In this document: positions 11,356-27,939 of the stretch, piece by piece | How positions within the stretch are numbered: position 1 is the stretch's first letter | Layout of the letters: every line of letters starts with the position of its first letter | Assembly: GCA_043228905.1 (NCBI GenBank) | Contig: CM091651.1 | Coordinates: 1 to 64,000, forward strand | Length of the DNA: 64,000 bases | Reading direction: 5' to 3' | Source: Azolla caroliniana | Taxonomy: Eukaryota > Plantae > Polypodiophyta | The notes under the pieces: model-generated | Seen by the model: only the letters and a program-made list of their open reading frames with translations | Told to the model about the DNA's origin: nothing | Databases searched by the model: none | Program-made: the position numbers and the translations under genes

Positions 11356-12879
11356 TTACTTTTCTTGCAGTAAAAATAGTTCTATTGACTCTTTAATTGC
11401 TTCTTTTGAGATAGTTTCTGCCTGTTCCGTAAACGTCTTGGTAGAACGAATGATTTCGCCAAATTGAGGTTTATTGGTTGTTATATACTCACGTAGCTGA
11501 ATCAAGAACCTTTTAACTTGTCCAACCTCTAATATATCCAAATATCCGTTAACTCCCGTATAAATAGTAGCCACTTGCTCTTCCACTGACAATGGCGCTG
11601 ATTGAGCTTGCTTAAGCAATTCACGTAACCGTTGACCTCTCGCTAACTGATTCTGAGTAGCCTTATCAAGGTCAGAAGCAAATTGTGCAAAAGCCTCCAA
11701 TTCCGCAAATTGTGCCAATTCCAATTTTGGTTTACCGGCTACCTGCTTCATTGCTTTTGTTTGAGCTGCAGAGCCCACTCTAGAAACAGAAATTCCCACG
11801 TTGATTGCTGGTCGAATCCCAGCATTAAAAAGATCTGCTGATAGAAATATTTGTCCATCGGTAATAGAAATTACATTGGTGGGAATGTATGCCGAGACAT
11901 CCCCCGCCTGGGTCTCCACGATGGGTAGAGCCGTCATACTACCTTCACCCAAATCAAGACTTAATTTAGCCGCTCTTTCCAAAAGACGAGAATGCAAATG
12001 AAAAACATCTCCCGGATATGCTTCTCGCCCCGGTGGTCTTCTCAACAAAAGAGACATTTGTCGATAAGCCTGGGCTTGCTTAGAGAGATCATCATAAATG
12101 ATCAAGGTATGTTGTTTGCGATACATAAAATACTCGGCTAGAGCTGCTCCCGTATAGGGGGCAAGATATTGCAGAGTAGCTGGAGAATTCGCTGTCTCCG
12201 ACACAACGATGGTATATTCCATGGCTCCGCGATCCTTAAAGGTATTAACTACCTGGGCTACAGAGGAGGCTTTTTGACCAATAGCTACGTAGACACAGAT
12301 AACATTCTGACCTTTCTGATTCAGAATCGTATCTGTAGCTACTGCTGTTTTACCGGTCTGTCTATCCCCAATGATTAATTCTCGTTGACCCCGACCCACG
12401 GGGATCATTGAATCGACAGAGATGAGACCTGTTTGTGGGGGTTCGTACACGGAACGTCTGGAGATAATTCCAGGAGCGGGAGATTCGATTGGTCTATACT
12501 CAGAAGCTTGAATGTTACCCTTACCATCAATGGGTTCAGCCAAGGCGTTTACAACACGACCTAAGAAAGAGTCACCAACTGGTGTTTGGGCAATCTTTCC
12601 CGTCGCCTTTACGGAACTTCCCTCCTGTATGGTTAAACCGTCACCCGTCGGTACAGCCCCAACATTATCGGATTCTAGATTCGGAGCAATGCCTACCGTA
12701 CCGTCCTCAGATTCCACTAATTCACCAGCCATTACTTTATTAAGACCATAGATGCGAGCAATTCCATCCCCAACTTAAGGTACAGTACCGATATTAACAA
12801 CCTTTGCTTCTGGAACGTATCCCTCGATTTGCTTACGGATGATACTGCTAATTTCATCGGGTCGAATGTTTATTACCAT
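11356..12879 (-). CDS. atpA: ATP synthase CF1 alpha subunit, in-frame TAA at 12775-12777
   Basis: [14 protein letters not shown] start, Walker [23 protein letters not shown]. Confidence 0.98.
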
Positions 12880-12955
12880 CTTTTATCCACCAAAATATCT
12901 TACTGAAGGAAGGGAAGGAAAGAGTGAAACCTGTAACATAAAAAAAAAAAGAGTA

Positions 12956-14268
12956 TCAATTCTGATCGGCTACGTCTTCCATGGACTTGAGTAGACCGAT
13001 TTTATAATCAATCAGGCGTAGATGCAATTCATTATCCGAACGACTATTCGGACTTTCTAGCGCCCTCTCTGATGCAAGTCGAGAAACTTGTTGTCGAACC
13101 TGCTCAATTGCTCGTTGTTTCTCAAAACGAATTGTATAGTTTTTACTGTCTTCTAATCTCTTTGGATCTTCATCAGCTGCATCAACGAGATCTCGTTGTT
13201 CCTTGTCCAATTGTGCAAGTCCAATTATGCGAATTTCATCTGCCTTTACTTTGGCTTGTTGCAGACGGGTTCGGGCCTTCTGAAGCTTTTCGGTAGCCTC
13301 CTTATAACGTTCCTCTGCATCCTGAATAGTGTTCAGAATTGTCCTTCTACGATTTTCCAATAGATTGATCAATGAAGGTGGATCATATACCTCCGATTCT
13401 CGAAGATAAATGGTCTCTTCCCAAACCGAACATGGATCTTTCAATCCATTCGGCTTTCTTGACCGCGCCTCTTTCTCTCCTCAGACAGGAAAAGATTATT
13501 CAGCAATTTTTTTTTTTACTTTTACGCGCGGGCCCGCCACGTTCTTCTCACTATCTGTTCGATTCATACCGAACCGACGACAAACAAAAAAGATAGTTGA
13601 GTATTAGGGGCTCTCCTGGGTAGTATTTCTAGTTTTTAGTCCACTACCGACGGAGCCGCTTCCTCCAGATAGTCTCTATTCCGCATAGGTTGTCTATTCA
13701 GCAATTTGAGAGAGAGAAAAAGTGATGATTCCAATCCAATAATTTTTTTTTTTATTGTACTCTTTTTCTTTTTCTCTCACCCCTTTATCCTTTATCTCTC
13801 GAAGAGCGATAGGAATCAATCTTTTTTCGATATGAGTGTTATATATCGAATAAATATCCGACCGCGGCGTGATTCGGGCGATGGGGGAAGAAAACCCCGT
13901 TTTTGCTAAGACTTCAAGCAATTATGCTTTAACCATATCGATTATATTCTCGAACCAGTCGATTGAAACTGAGAAAGTTCCTATCGATTCTAGCGAAATG
14001 CTCTGGTTCCTGCGCAAAACTTAGTAGCAGGTAATTCGTCGAGGTTTTGCACTTCTCCCTAATCCCTTAATTGAAGTGCAACTGGAAGAGACCGGTTATC
14101 CTATCCGGACATGCGACTCGCACACACTCCCTTTCCGTAATAGAATAAAATACCTAGGACCAGAATTAGGTTAATCAGATTTATGTCCAAGATATTGGTG
14201 TTTAGACCGAAACTTGTAGCGAGGATCCAATAGCTTGAGGGAGCGGCGATCTCACTTGCACTTCTCAT
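12956..14268 (-). CDS. atpF: ATP synthase CF0 subunit I (b), 2 exons
   Basis: Exon 1 14268..14124 (...[15 protein letters not shown]...GKGV), exon 2 13371..12956. Confidence 0.95.
13372..14123 (-). other. Group II intron of atpF
   Basis: 5' GTGCG, 3' ...TTCAT, domain V AAGCCGAATGGATTGAAAGATCCATGTTCGGTTT. Confidence 0.92.
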
Positions 14269-14698
14269 AAATCCCTACCCCCTGAAAGATTATATACGTA
14301 TATATATATATATATATACCTTTTTTTTGTAACATCTAGTCTAGCCCGAAGCGGGGTAATCCGTCGGAGAGGGAAAACTAGCAAAACGAATGTCTAACTA
14401 AAAAAGAACCCGCTTATACTTTGATTTGAGCAACTAATCCGACTGCTTAATACGATTAATGAAAAGAAGAACTTATAGAATCTCTTGTTGTCATGTAAGA
14501 GAGAAGTTCCTAAGAGATTCATAGAAATAGGTATAGTCATTCGATGGGTGAAGTAACGATTCCTCGTGGAACCCCCCCCCCCCTTTTTTTTCCGAAAAAG
14601 GAAAACGTTTAGTACGGATTCCATGGAAGTTGGGGTATCTGGGGAGGATCGGTCGTAAGTAAAGATCCCAAACGTTAATGTTTCGTGATGGAAACGAA

Positions 14699-14956
<258 letters not shown>

Positions 14957-15656
14957 CTAATTCATTTACGTCAATCAATCTTATCGGGGTTTAATCAGTC
15001 TCGGCGTGACGGAATTTCTCTGGTGAATGCTAGTTGAGACATCAACTCCGCATAGATCTGGCTGAAACTGGAATATCCTCAAAAGAAAATATCCTGTTTA
15101 AATACGATTCATAACGATAATGAGATATTCACTTCTAACAAAACAAGGAAACTTTTTTCGTTTATTTACAGATATCGATAGGGTTTCTTTGCGCGGTATA
15201 AGGATCGATCGAGTATTTCAGAATAGCCCCTGGTTGAACATCCCAACCTTAGTCCCAACATGAGTTAGAATCAACCCCCTCTGACTGTTTATCGAATTAT
15301 TACACAAACAGAAACAAGGATTGGGTATTATCGATTATGTGGAGAACTGAGAATTAAAATAGATTGGTTATATTTCTCTTTTTTTGTCCATCCTTTCGGC
15401 TGATTCAGCTTTGGCAAGGGTGGGGGAAGAAGGGGGCAGCCAGACAGGCCGCCCTTCCCCACCCCTTCACTACCCATCTTTCCGGTTTTTTTTTTATTGA
15501 ATAATTGAAAGAGGAAGAAAAACAACAGTTTGCATCGTTGTATTATCATACCACAGAAACGGTTTTTACAACCACAGTGATCCAATGGATGATTATTGCC
15601 TAAAGATCAATACCGCAGTATGAATAAAGTTGTGGAATCGGTCAATTCCATATCAT

Positions 15657-16403
15657 CTAATGATGACCCTCCATCGATTCCCCTGTATAAGCTGCAGCTA
15701 GAGTAGCAAGAATTAAAGCCTGTATAGCGCTTGTGAATAATCCTAAAGGCGTCGTAGGTACAGGAACGATTGAAGGTACTAGAGAGACCGAAACAGCTAC
15801 TACCAACTCGTCAGCCGAGATGTTTCCAGACAATCGAGAACTGAGTGGTAAGGGTTTGGTAGAATCTTCTGAAATATTAATAGGTGATAATACCGGAGTC
15901 GGCTGGATATATTTACCGGAATAACTAAGACCCCTCTTGTGCAAACCTGCATAAAAATACGCTACTGATGTGAGCGAGGCTAGTGCAACAGTAGTATTGA
16001 TATCGTTCGTAGGTGCAGCCAGTTCCCCGTGGGGTAGTTGGATTATTCGCCAAGGAAACAAAGCACCTGACCGATTAGAGACAAAAATAAATAGAAACAT
16101 AGTTCCGATGAACGGAACCCAAGGGAGATACTCTTCTTCCCCCATCTGGGTTCTAGTTAAATCCCTAATAAATTCGAGAATATATTCAATGAAATTTTGG
16201 CCACCAGTCGGTACAGTTTCGAGATTACGGGTAGTCACGATTGGTAAAGCCAACGAAATGGCGATTACTACCCAAGGGGTTACAAGAACTTGTGCATGAA
16301 CTTGAAAGTCTCCTATTTGCCAGTGGGAATGTTAACCTACTTCTACGCTTGATACTCGGTATAGATCATTAATTTCATCAAAGTTTAGGTTATCAATATA
16401 CGT
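15657..16403 (-). CDS. atpI: ATP synthase CF0 subunit IV (a), ACG start, in-frame TAA at 16332-16334
   Basis: [12 protein letters not shown] and GESMEGHH* motifs; frame extends upstream to ACG at 16403. Confidence 0.96.
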
Positions 16404-16625
16404 GCTAGACCCCCCCTTGGTTTTGGAAAAGAAACGTTATTGGCTTTAATAGTAAAACCTGTGTAAAATACTCAGATTTGCTAATAAGAATTCTATAAAA
16501 ATAGCTTAGAAATTGTTCCTCTAATGGGATTATGCAATATTTCAAGTCGTGACGTGGATCTTTTGTTACTCTACGTCGAACCGGATACTAACCAGCCACA
16601 AAATCCCTCAATAGTTATCGGACCT

Positions 16626-17327
16626 TTAGTTTAGGGTCGAGCGACCCTCGTGAATAGCTAATGTCAACCTATCTAAGATCCAACGGATGGAAGATCGTGC
16701 ATCATCATTACCTGGAATCGGAATATCTGTCAGATCTGGATCACGATCCGTATCGACAACACAAATTGTGGGAATACCTAGAGTGATGCATTCCTGGAGG
16801 GCGATAGATTATTCATGTTGATCGGTAATTGTCACAATATCAGGTAAATTTGACATATACTGAATTCCACCCAAATATCTTTTGAGTCTAAGTGATTATC
16901 TCTTCAAAATCGCTGCCTCTTTCTTGGGGAGTCAATCGAATCCTCCTGTATCTTCTCCATCTCGCAGATGTTGGAACTTACGAAGACGCGTTTCTGTAGT
17001 GGACCGATTCGTTAACGTACCACCCAGCCATTTTTCATTCACGTAATGACAGCGAGATCGCGTTGCGGCTGATGCGACCGGATCAGCTACCTGATATTTT
17101 GTACCTACCAGCAAGAATTCTTTTCCTTCTGCTGCTGCATCAAATGATGAATCGCAGGCTTCAGACAAAAGACGAGCAGTCTGAGTCAGATCGAGGATAT
17201 GAACACCCTTCCGTTCTGTAAATATGTAGCGCGACATCCTAGGATTCCACTTCTGGGTCTGATGACCAAAATGAACCCCTGCCCCCATCATTGTTTCTGA
17301 ATCAATATCCCGATTTCTCTGTTGCGT
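16626..17327 (-). CDS. rps2: Ribosomal protein S2, ACG start, three in-frame stops (16932, 16896, 16809)
   Basis: AGVHFGHQT...WNP, KWLGG and IPIPGNDDA motifs in one continuous frame. Confidence 0.95.
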
Positions 17328-17525
17328 CTTCCCCTCAAGTATAAAAAAACTGTGAATTCATTCCATTCTATCCATATCTAACGAATCATTACAATCCACC
17401 GATCCGTTTGGTTGATTGGATAGACGAAGTAATCTATTAATTAATGTTTTTTTGTCAAACTTTTATTTGCTTTTTTTATTTGCTTTTATTGAATTGAGCC
17501 TTTCTTATATTTTTTTTATTAAAAA

Positions 17526-20500
17526 CTAAATTAGGATGGAAGTTTGGTTATTCCCCTGATAATCAGATATCCTATTTCTTCCCCATTTTTTATTTTTACA
17601 ATCACTTATAGTTAAAAGAAACTCCTTCTGTTTTTTCACCTTCAGATGAAGAAGAATCTCTTGACTGCCCGTTCCCATAGGAACGGTATTGCCAGGAATA
17701 ACATTCTCCTTTAGCCCTTTTAACCAATCAATTCGACCCCGAAGAGCAGCTTTAGCCAGTACTCTAGTAGTTTCTTGAAGACTCGCCTCTGATGAAAAAC
17801 TAGCAGTATTGAGAGATGCTTTTGTCATTCCTAGGACGATAGGGTGATAGAAAATTGACCTCTTCAATACACGATTCATTCGTTGCGCCTGTGATAATTC
17901 AATGAGCTCTCCGGGTGAAAAAACATTAGCTATTCCATCCTCCGATACTACAACTCGCGATGTTAATTGCCAAATGATAATTTCTAAATGTTTATCAGAT
18001 ATTTGTACCCCTTAAGATCCATAAACCTTTCGAATTTGATCGATCGAAACCAATTGACAAAGTTCCATGCTCGTTCCAGCACTTAAAAAACGACTCCGAA
18101 GGTTTCCGATCAATCTTGTGACACCTCTGTGCCATCTCCCAAAAAGGTCTTCGATTCTTGCTGGAATAGATGCAATGGAACGAGATTCCAGCAGCTGCTC
18201 AACCTTTGGAAGACCCTGAATAGTGTCCCCGGATCTCGATCTATCATATGGTAATGTTATTAATGTATCTCCCTCCCCGAGGATATCTCCAGAAGTTTTC
18301 TGAATAATAGCTCCCCGAGTTGCTGAAAAAGGCTTCGCTGTTCTGGCTAACAGATATTTATGATGAATGGCTACAATTTGACCGGACTGAAGACAGACGT
18401 CATTTTTACGGAAGCTTCTATTTTCACCGAGCAATAATCCAAGCTTAATTAACAAGGTTGGTCGACGCGGGTAATTCCGCAATGAATAGTCAGAGAAAGG
18501 TCTATCTGGATAAAAACCCGTGGTAGATTTAAAAACAAACCCATCTTCATCAATAAGAAAAAAACTTCCACGTTCCGGTGTATCTATGGAATCCTCGATC
18601 GATAAAGTTTCGTAAGTCGGAGTTTCGCCGCCCGATGCGGGATGAGAAAGCACCAAAAGGGAAGTGCTCCGTAAACTTCCTAGTAAACCCAATCCTTCAA
18701 AAATTCCCCAATCAAGAATGGGATCTAATCTACCGGTTTTGGACGACCCTTGAAAATTCGGATTTATATAGTTCTTTGGAAAAAATATATGATTGGAGGA
18801 CGGATTTTTTATCAAGCTGGTACCGCCCCGGGTGCTATTATTTGTACTCGATTCGAGGTCGTTGAACTCTTCCACAACGGGACCTTCGTGTCTATCTATA
18901 TCCGAATCAATAGACGAATCTTTACGAAAGAAATTGAACGCCGATAGGGTTAGGTAAGATGCACCCCGTTCTGATACTGAATGAACAGTACCTTGATGTT
19001 TGGCAACTGATCTATCATTGCTATTGAATGAGTCGAGATCAACTCGGGCTGGGAATGACTCGTGAGTGGGCATCAACGGTTGATAAGTCCGATCGGCCTT
19101 AACCCTTTTCCGTAGAGGAGGTGCCTTACAAAAAACCGTTAAGTTAATCTGAGGAAAAGTGCTCAGAAGTTTATTTATTCTTACACTGGTAAGAGATATA
19201 GAAGCCTTTCTTGTAGAGGAAAAATGATAGAAATGTTTCTGCCAATTAACTACCAAACAAGCTCTAACTGATTGTATAGTTCTATGGTTGGTTATTTCAA
19301 TTCTTTCACCATCCCTATAGGAAATATAAATAAAGGTTTCAATTTCTAGGCTTTTTTGTGTGTTTGGCTTTTCTGCATGGGAGACTATTCCTACAAAAGA
19401 ATTGTTGAATACGCTATATTCTATGACTGGTCCTATTAGGACAGAAGTTCCTCCTTTCCCATAGAGTGTAACTGATCGTGGATAAACCCAATTTTCATTT
19501 TTATATTGATTAAAAAGAATATTACCTGGTGGAATCAGAATATCACCCTGTTTGGACATACTGGTTAGTCCTTCTGGAGTATAAAAATATCCAGGGAGGA
19601 TTCTTATTTCAGTACTATTTCGGCTCCTTTCAATTCGGATGGGTCCACTTGTTTTACTAAGAATACTAGAGGTTATTTGGGTACCTTCTTCAGTAATAGT
19701 ATTGTTTGTTACTGAAATGGATGAAGAGGGTTCCTGGATGGTGTAAACTTCTTCGGGAACCAAGAAGAAGTTGCCCCCTTCGGTTACTTTGTACCAGGAA
19801 CCATTCTTTCTTTCTTTCCCACCGTTTATGTTTCTGCTACTGGCTTCAACCCTTACAGTACCATATTTTATTATTCCCGAAAGGGAAGTTTTATATTTGT
19901 AATTTTCATAAATAGCAAGAATATCATTCTGATCCAAGAAATTACTTAGCTGAACCTTAATGTTTGTAAAACCCACCTCATCTTTTTTTATTTGTTGTTT
20001 TAGTAGTGAAGGCACTATTTGTTTCTCCTTCCCTCGTTTCACCACAATATTAGAAAGAATTGAGGTAGATACCGGAGGTATCAGCCAATTTGAAAAAAGA
20101 TGTTGGTTGATTCCAAATTCTTGTATCTCTTCCTGAGAACCCTCGGAATTAGTACCACCGATACCCCCACTGACTCTTCCGAGAAAGCGAGATTCGTTTA
20201 TACCTTTCTTGATAGGGAGGAGTTGTACGCCGATTCTATCCTGATCCTCGTGAAACGAGTAATTTTTATCAGAATCGTTGAAAACTCCCGAAAGAATCCG
20301 TACGTGACCCGTATCGCGTACAACATGAATAGAGCTGTCTATAGAATCACGTAGATGCCATACAAATCTACTCCGATGAGTCTCTCCTTCTATATTTGGA
20401 TAGATGGCTTTTTGAATACGTTCTTTCAGAGGAAATTCCTTGGTTCGGACTTCCGCAATTATTTGTTGTGATTCGACGTACTGACCGTTCCTAATCGTAA

Positions 20501-21719
20501 GTAGACTTTGTGCGGGAATGGTGAAGCTTTGTAGATTACTACGACTCTTAATGAGGATGAGTAGTTCACTTCGACACATCCGAGCAGGATGCCCATGTCG
20601 CGTACGCGTGGGATACACCAACTTCTCATCGAACTGTATGATTCCGTTGAACGGAATTCGTACATATTCTGCAATATCGCCGGCAAAGACTCCACCGGTA
20701 TGAAAAGTTCTTAACGTTAGTTGAGTTCCTGGTTCTCCAATCGATTGACCCGCAATGATGCCTACAGCTTCTCCTAGTTCTACTAAATCGTGATGGGCGA
20801 GACTCCGACCGTAACACAACTGACGAATCCGGAAAGTGCTTTTGCATGTCAAAGGAGATCTTATATGTATGGGTTGCGTTGATGTTATGAGGTTATTGGC
20901 AAGTCCATCACCAATATCTTGATTACGTGTAGCAATACACCTCACACCCGAATAGACGTTATCCGCCGGCACACGTCCAATCGATTTTTGATAAGATATC
21001 GTTCAAATAGATCCTCTTCTTTCCTCAGTGAGATTAAAAGCAATGCTTCTGATAGTTTCACAATCTTTCTCACGCACAACGATGTGTTGAACAACTTCAA
21101 CGAGCCTACGTGTCAAATATCCAGCATCCGATGTTCGTACCGCGGTATCCACAACTCCTTTGCGAGCACCATAACAAGAAATAATATATTCTGTCAGGGA
21201 TAAGCCTTCGCGCAAGTTCCTCCGGATAGGTAAATCGATCACTTGACCTCTTGGGTCTGACATGAGTCCTCTCATGCCAAGCAATTGGTGAACCTGAGAT
21301 ACGCTTCCACGGGCACCTGAAAAAGACATCATATGAACTGGATTCAAAGGATCGATCATCTTGAAACTTGGATTCATTTCTCGTTTCGAACATTCACTTG
21401 TGGCATACCAGGCTTCAACTGATTGACGCAGCTTTTCTACGGCATGCAGACTCCCATAACGATAATACTGCTCCGAGACGTAACCCTGTCTCTCCGCGTC
21501 TTAAACGAGCCATCCTTTGGAGGGTACTGTTGAAAGATCGTCAATGCCTGATGATACAGATGCTTTTGTGGCTTGTTGAAAGCCTAAAACTTTAACTTGA
21601 TCTAGAATGTTTGTTGTAGATGCAATTCCGAAACAAATAACTAACTTGCTAATGAGTTGCCTCATGACGGCCTTATCCATCGTCTTGTTGTAGAAGGGTA
21701 ATTCAGCTTGATCTGCCAT
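17526..21719 (-). CDS. rpoC2: RNA polymerase beta'' subunit, three in-frame stops (21501, 21003, 18012)
   Basis: Four same-frame ORF pieces; [34 protein letters not shown]. Confidence 0.97.
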
Positions 21720-21814
21720 GATAAAAACCTCGACTTTATTTTCTTCTTCTCCTACTCCTTACTGATTATCAACCAACAAACTGAGAATCGAATCATTCAG
21801 TGATTGAAAATAAG

Positions 21815-21839
21815 AAGGGTAAGGGCTTCCTTACCCTTC
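21815..21839. terminator. Stem-loop between rpoC1 and rpoC2
   Basis: GAAGGGTAAGG-gct(t)-CCTTACCCTTC inverted repeat just 3' of rpoC1; function inferred. Confidence 0.45.
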
Positions 21840-21865
21840 GTTACTACAAAAAAAAACGTTCTGTT

Positions 21866-24649
21866 CTATGTTATTCTATCTGGTGCAGACAAAGTATGAT
21901 GGGGAAAAGAAACTACTTTTGATATACCCTGCATAGCTTCTCTTAATTGCTGATTGAATGAGATACGACCAGCTGTTGTTAGTATATACATACCAAGGAT
22001 ATACCCTTCTCTAGATTTTCTTATTTGATGATTATCGTAGGAATGCAAAGAGGTTCCTGAGGCTTCATATTGCGATTCAACAGGTAAATCACGCATTTTT
22101 GAACCGATCGTTTGCAAATCAATCCGCCATCGAAGCCACAAATAACTATATAAATCAATCTGTTTTAAATCTTTGGCCCTAAGTACATCATAATAATTGG
22201 TGAAGTAAGATATTTTGGGGAAAGAAAGGTTACTTCCCTTTCTGGAGATAGGATATCTATCTCCGTAAATACCTTGTTTATTTTCAATCGTCAGTATATA
22301 AAGACCGAGAAGCATGTCTTGACTTGGCACACATGCGGGATCTCCTGTAGCAGGAGATAATAGATTTGTGTGTGAGAACGTCAGAAAACGAGCTTCAGTT
22401 TGAGCCTCTAAAGATAACGGCACATGAACAGCCATTTGATCTCCGTCAAGATCTGCGTTAAACCCCCCACGAACCGATGGATGCAAACGAATGGCGCGTC
22501 CTTCTATCAGAATGGGCTGAAATGCCTGTATACCTAATCTGTGTGGTGTGGGTGCTCGATTCAACGGTACAGGATGACCTTGCATAACTTCTCGAAGAAC
22601 TTTCCATATAAAAGGATCCCGCTTTCTAATCATACTCCTGGCAGCCCGTAGATTACGAGCAAGATGTCGTCCAATCAGATTACGAATAACGAAGGCTTGG
22701 AAAAGCTCGATCGCCAAATCTCGGGGTAATCCGCATTGATGTAACGAGAGAGACGGACCTACCACGATAACTAAACGACCTGAATAATCAACCCGCTTTC
22801 CCAGTAGATTCTCACGGAATCGTCCTTCTTTACCCTCAATAACCTCCGAAAAAGACTTGTAAGGCCTATTGTTGATATCCCTCATTGGTTGTCCACGTAT
22901 ACCATTATCTATAAGGGCATCCACGGCTTCTTGAACGAGCCTTTTTTGACAAACAATCAATCCTTCTGGTGTAAATTCACTGCCCGATAGAAAATCTATA
23001 AGAGTATTATTTCGATGAATTATCTTTCTGTGAAGCTCATTAAGATCCGAGGTAATCGACTCGCCTTCATATAGTTCAACTATTGGTCTTAACCCAGGCG
23101 GAAGTACTGGTAATAGATCCAGAACCATCCATTCTGGCTTCGAGTTCGTCTGAAGAAAATCTTTAGCTAGTTTCATCCGTCTGACCAAAAGGTCCTTTCT
23201 TCGTTGAACCGTTCGGTCTTCCCACTCACGTCCTACAGATCCTCGCCTCGCCGATGCTTGCCACTCCGAATACGCACGATCCATAACACTTCTCATATCT
23301 AAACTAGCTAACCTTTTTTTGATAGCATCCCCCCCAGTAGCTATTTCATTTCTTTGAAGGATCTCGAAATTCCGAGTGGAGAAATAAGTAGGAAGAACGT
23401 TCTTCCAGGATCGATCCTCATAATTGAACAAGCCTCGCAATCTTGATGAGGTCGGTCTCTCAGCCACAGGCCTAGCAAGAAAAAGATTGGGATAGGTAAA
23501 AAAAGGTCCCCCCCTCGGAATCGGACATGAGTGTTTCCCCTCATCCGGCTCGAATAGCTTTATCTAAACGCAAAAATTCGTTTGAGGGTATTTTAAATTT
23601 TTGTTTGACAGTGTGATGGGTTCTTGGGACGACATAGCGCTCCCACCCCATCAATTCATCTATGCATGCAGAAATAGCTATTCGTTACTCAAGCTTCAAC
23701 AGGCCTTTCTTGAGTAGTCTTGAATCCCTTTGCACGTGCCATCTACACCCCCGAAGGGAGGTTGGTTCCCCTCACTCTCTTCGGTTCGATCATGGATTGG
23801 AGAGATTTTTCTTGTCCCTAATACGATTATTACTCTTCTTTGGATTTCCACTCCACCTCGATGGTTACCAATTCGTTTGAGAAACCTCTGCGATGATTGG
23901 ATTTCTATAACCATATCTATTCTTTAAAGGAGCTTTAATAAAAAGAAACCTCAAAAAAAAAAAGAAAGGATTTGAATCGGTCTTTGATCACCCAATCGAG
24001 ATTGTCAGATTAGACTCGTCTTTACGAAGCCTGATTGAAGGATTAATTGATTAATCCTGGAAGAGAACCCTCAGTATGTACATAGTACTTTTAATCCCGA
24101 GTTACAAAATTCTCCTCGATTGTGAGAAATATGTCGGAAGTGGAGGCATCCCATCGTCGTATGAGATGACAGGCTGGGTTTAGTCTGTGGTGATCGAAAT
24201 ATACGATCGAGTCACGCATCGCAATACACTGGGCTTTCTGATTCCTTGAGAGGCTTAGCAAGTAGATTTGCTATGTAACTGGGGACTCGCTTTGGGAACC
24301 ATACGTGAGTTACCGGGCATGCTAATTTGATATATCCCATTCGGTATCTTCGAACCCGAGAGTCGGTGAATTCAACCCCGCAATGCTTACAAAAATTGGA
24401 AGACTCCTCCTCATTCTCGACAGATCGATAGTTTCCGCAGGCACAAACTCCACTTTTTATTGGCCCAAAAATTCTCTCACAGAATAAACCATCTCGCTCT
24501 GGCTTATGGGTCTTATGATGCAACGTATAAGGTTAATCAACTTGACCAACGGTCTCTCCGTTAGGTAACCTTCTTTCGGCCCAGCTACGAATCTGTTCGG
24601 GGGAAGCTAGCCCAATACGAAGTTTTTGATAATTAGTGTCATGAATCGT
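21866..24649 (-). CDS. rpoC1: RNA polymerase beta' subunit, 2 exons, ACG start, in-frame TAA at 24533-24535
   Basis: Exon 1 24649..24218 (432 nt, [10 protein letters not shown]), exon 2 23485..21866 ([29 protein letters not shown]). Confidence 0.97.
23486..24217 (-). other. Group II intron of rpoC1 with atypical GCGTG 5' end
   Basis: Boundaries fixed by the reading frame (YCD|LFLARP); 3' CTATCCCAAT; domain V at 23518..23551. Confidence 0.9.
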
Positions 24650-24693
24650 AAGATAAAAAGTTTCAATTGGTTTTTTTTTACTTCTATGGAGTA

Positions 24694-27939
<3,246 letters not shown>

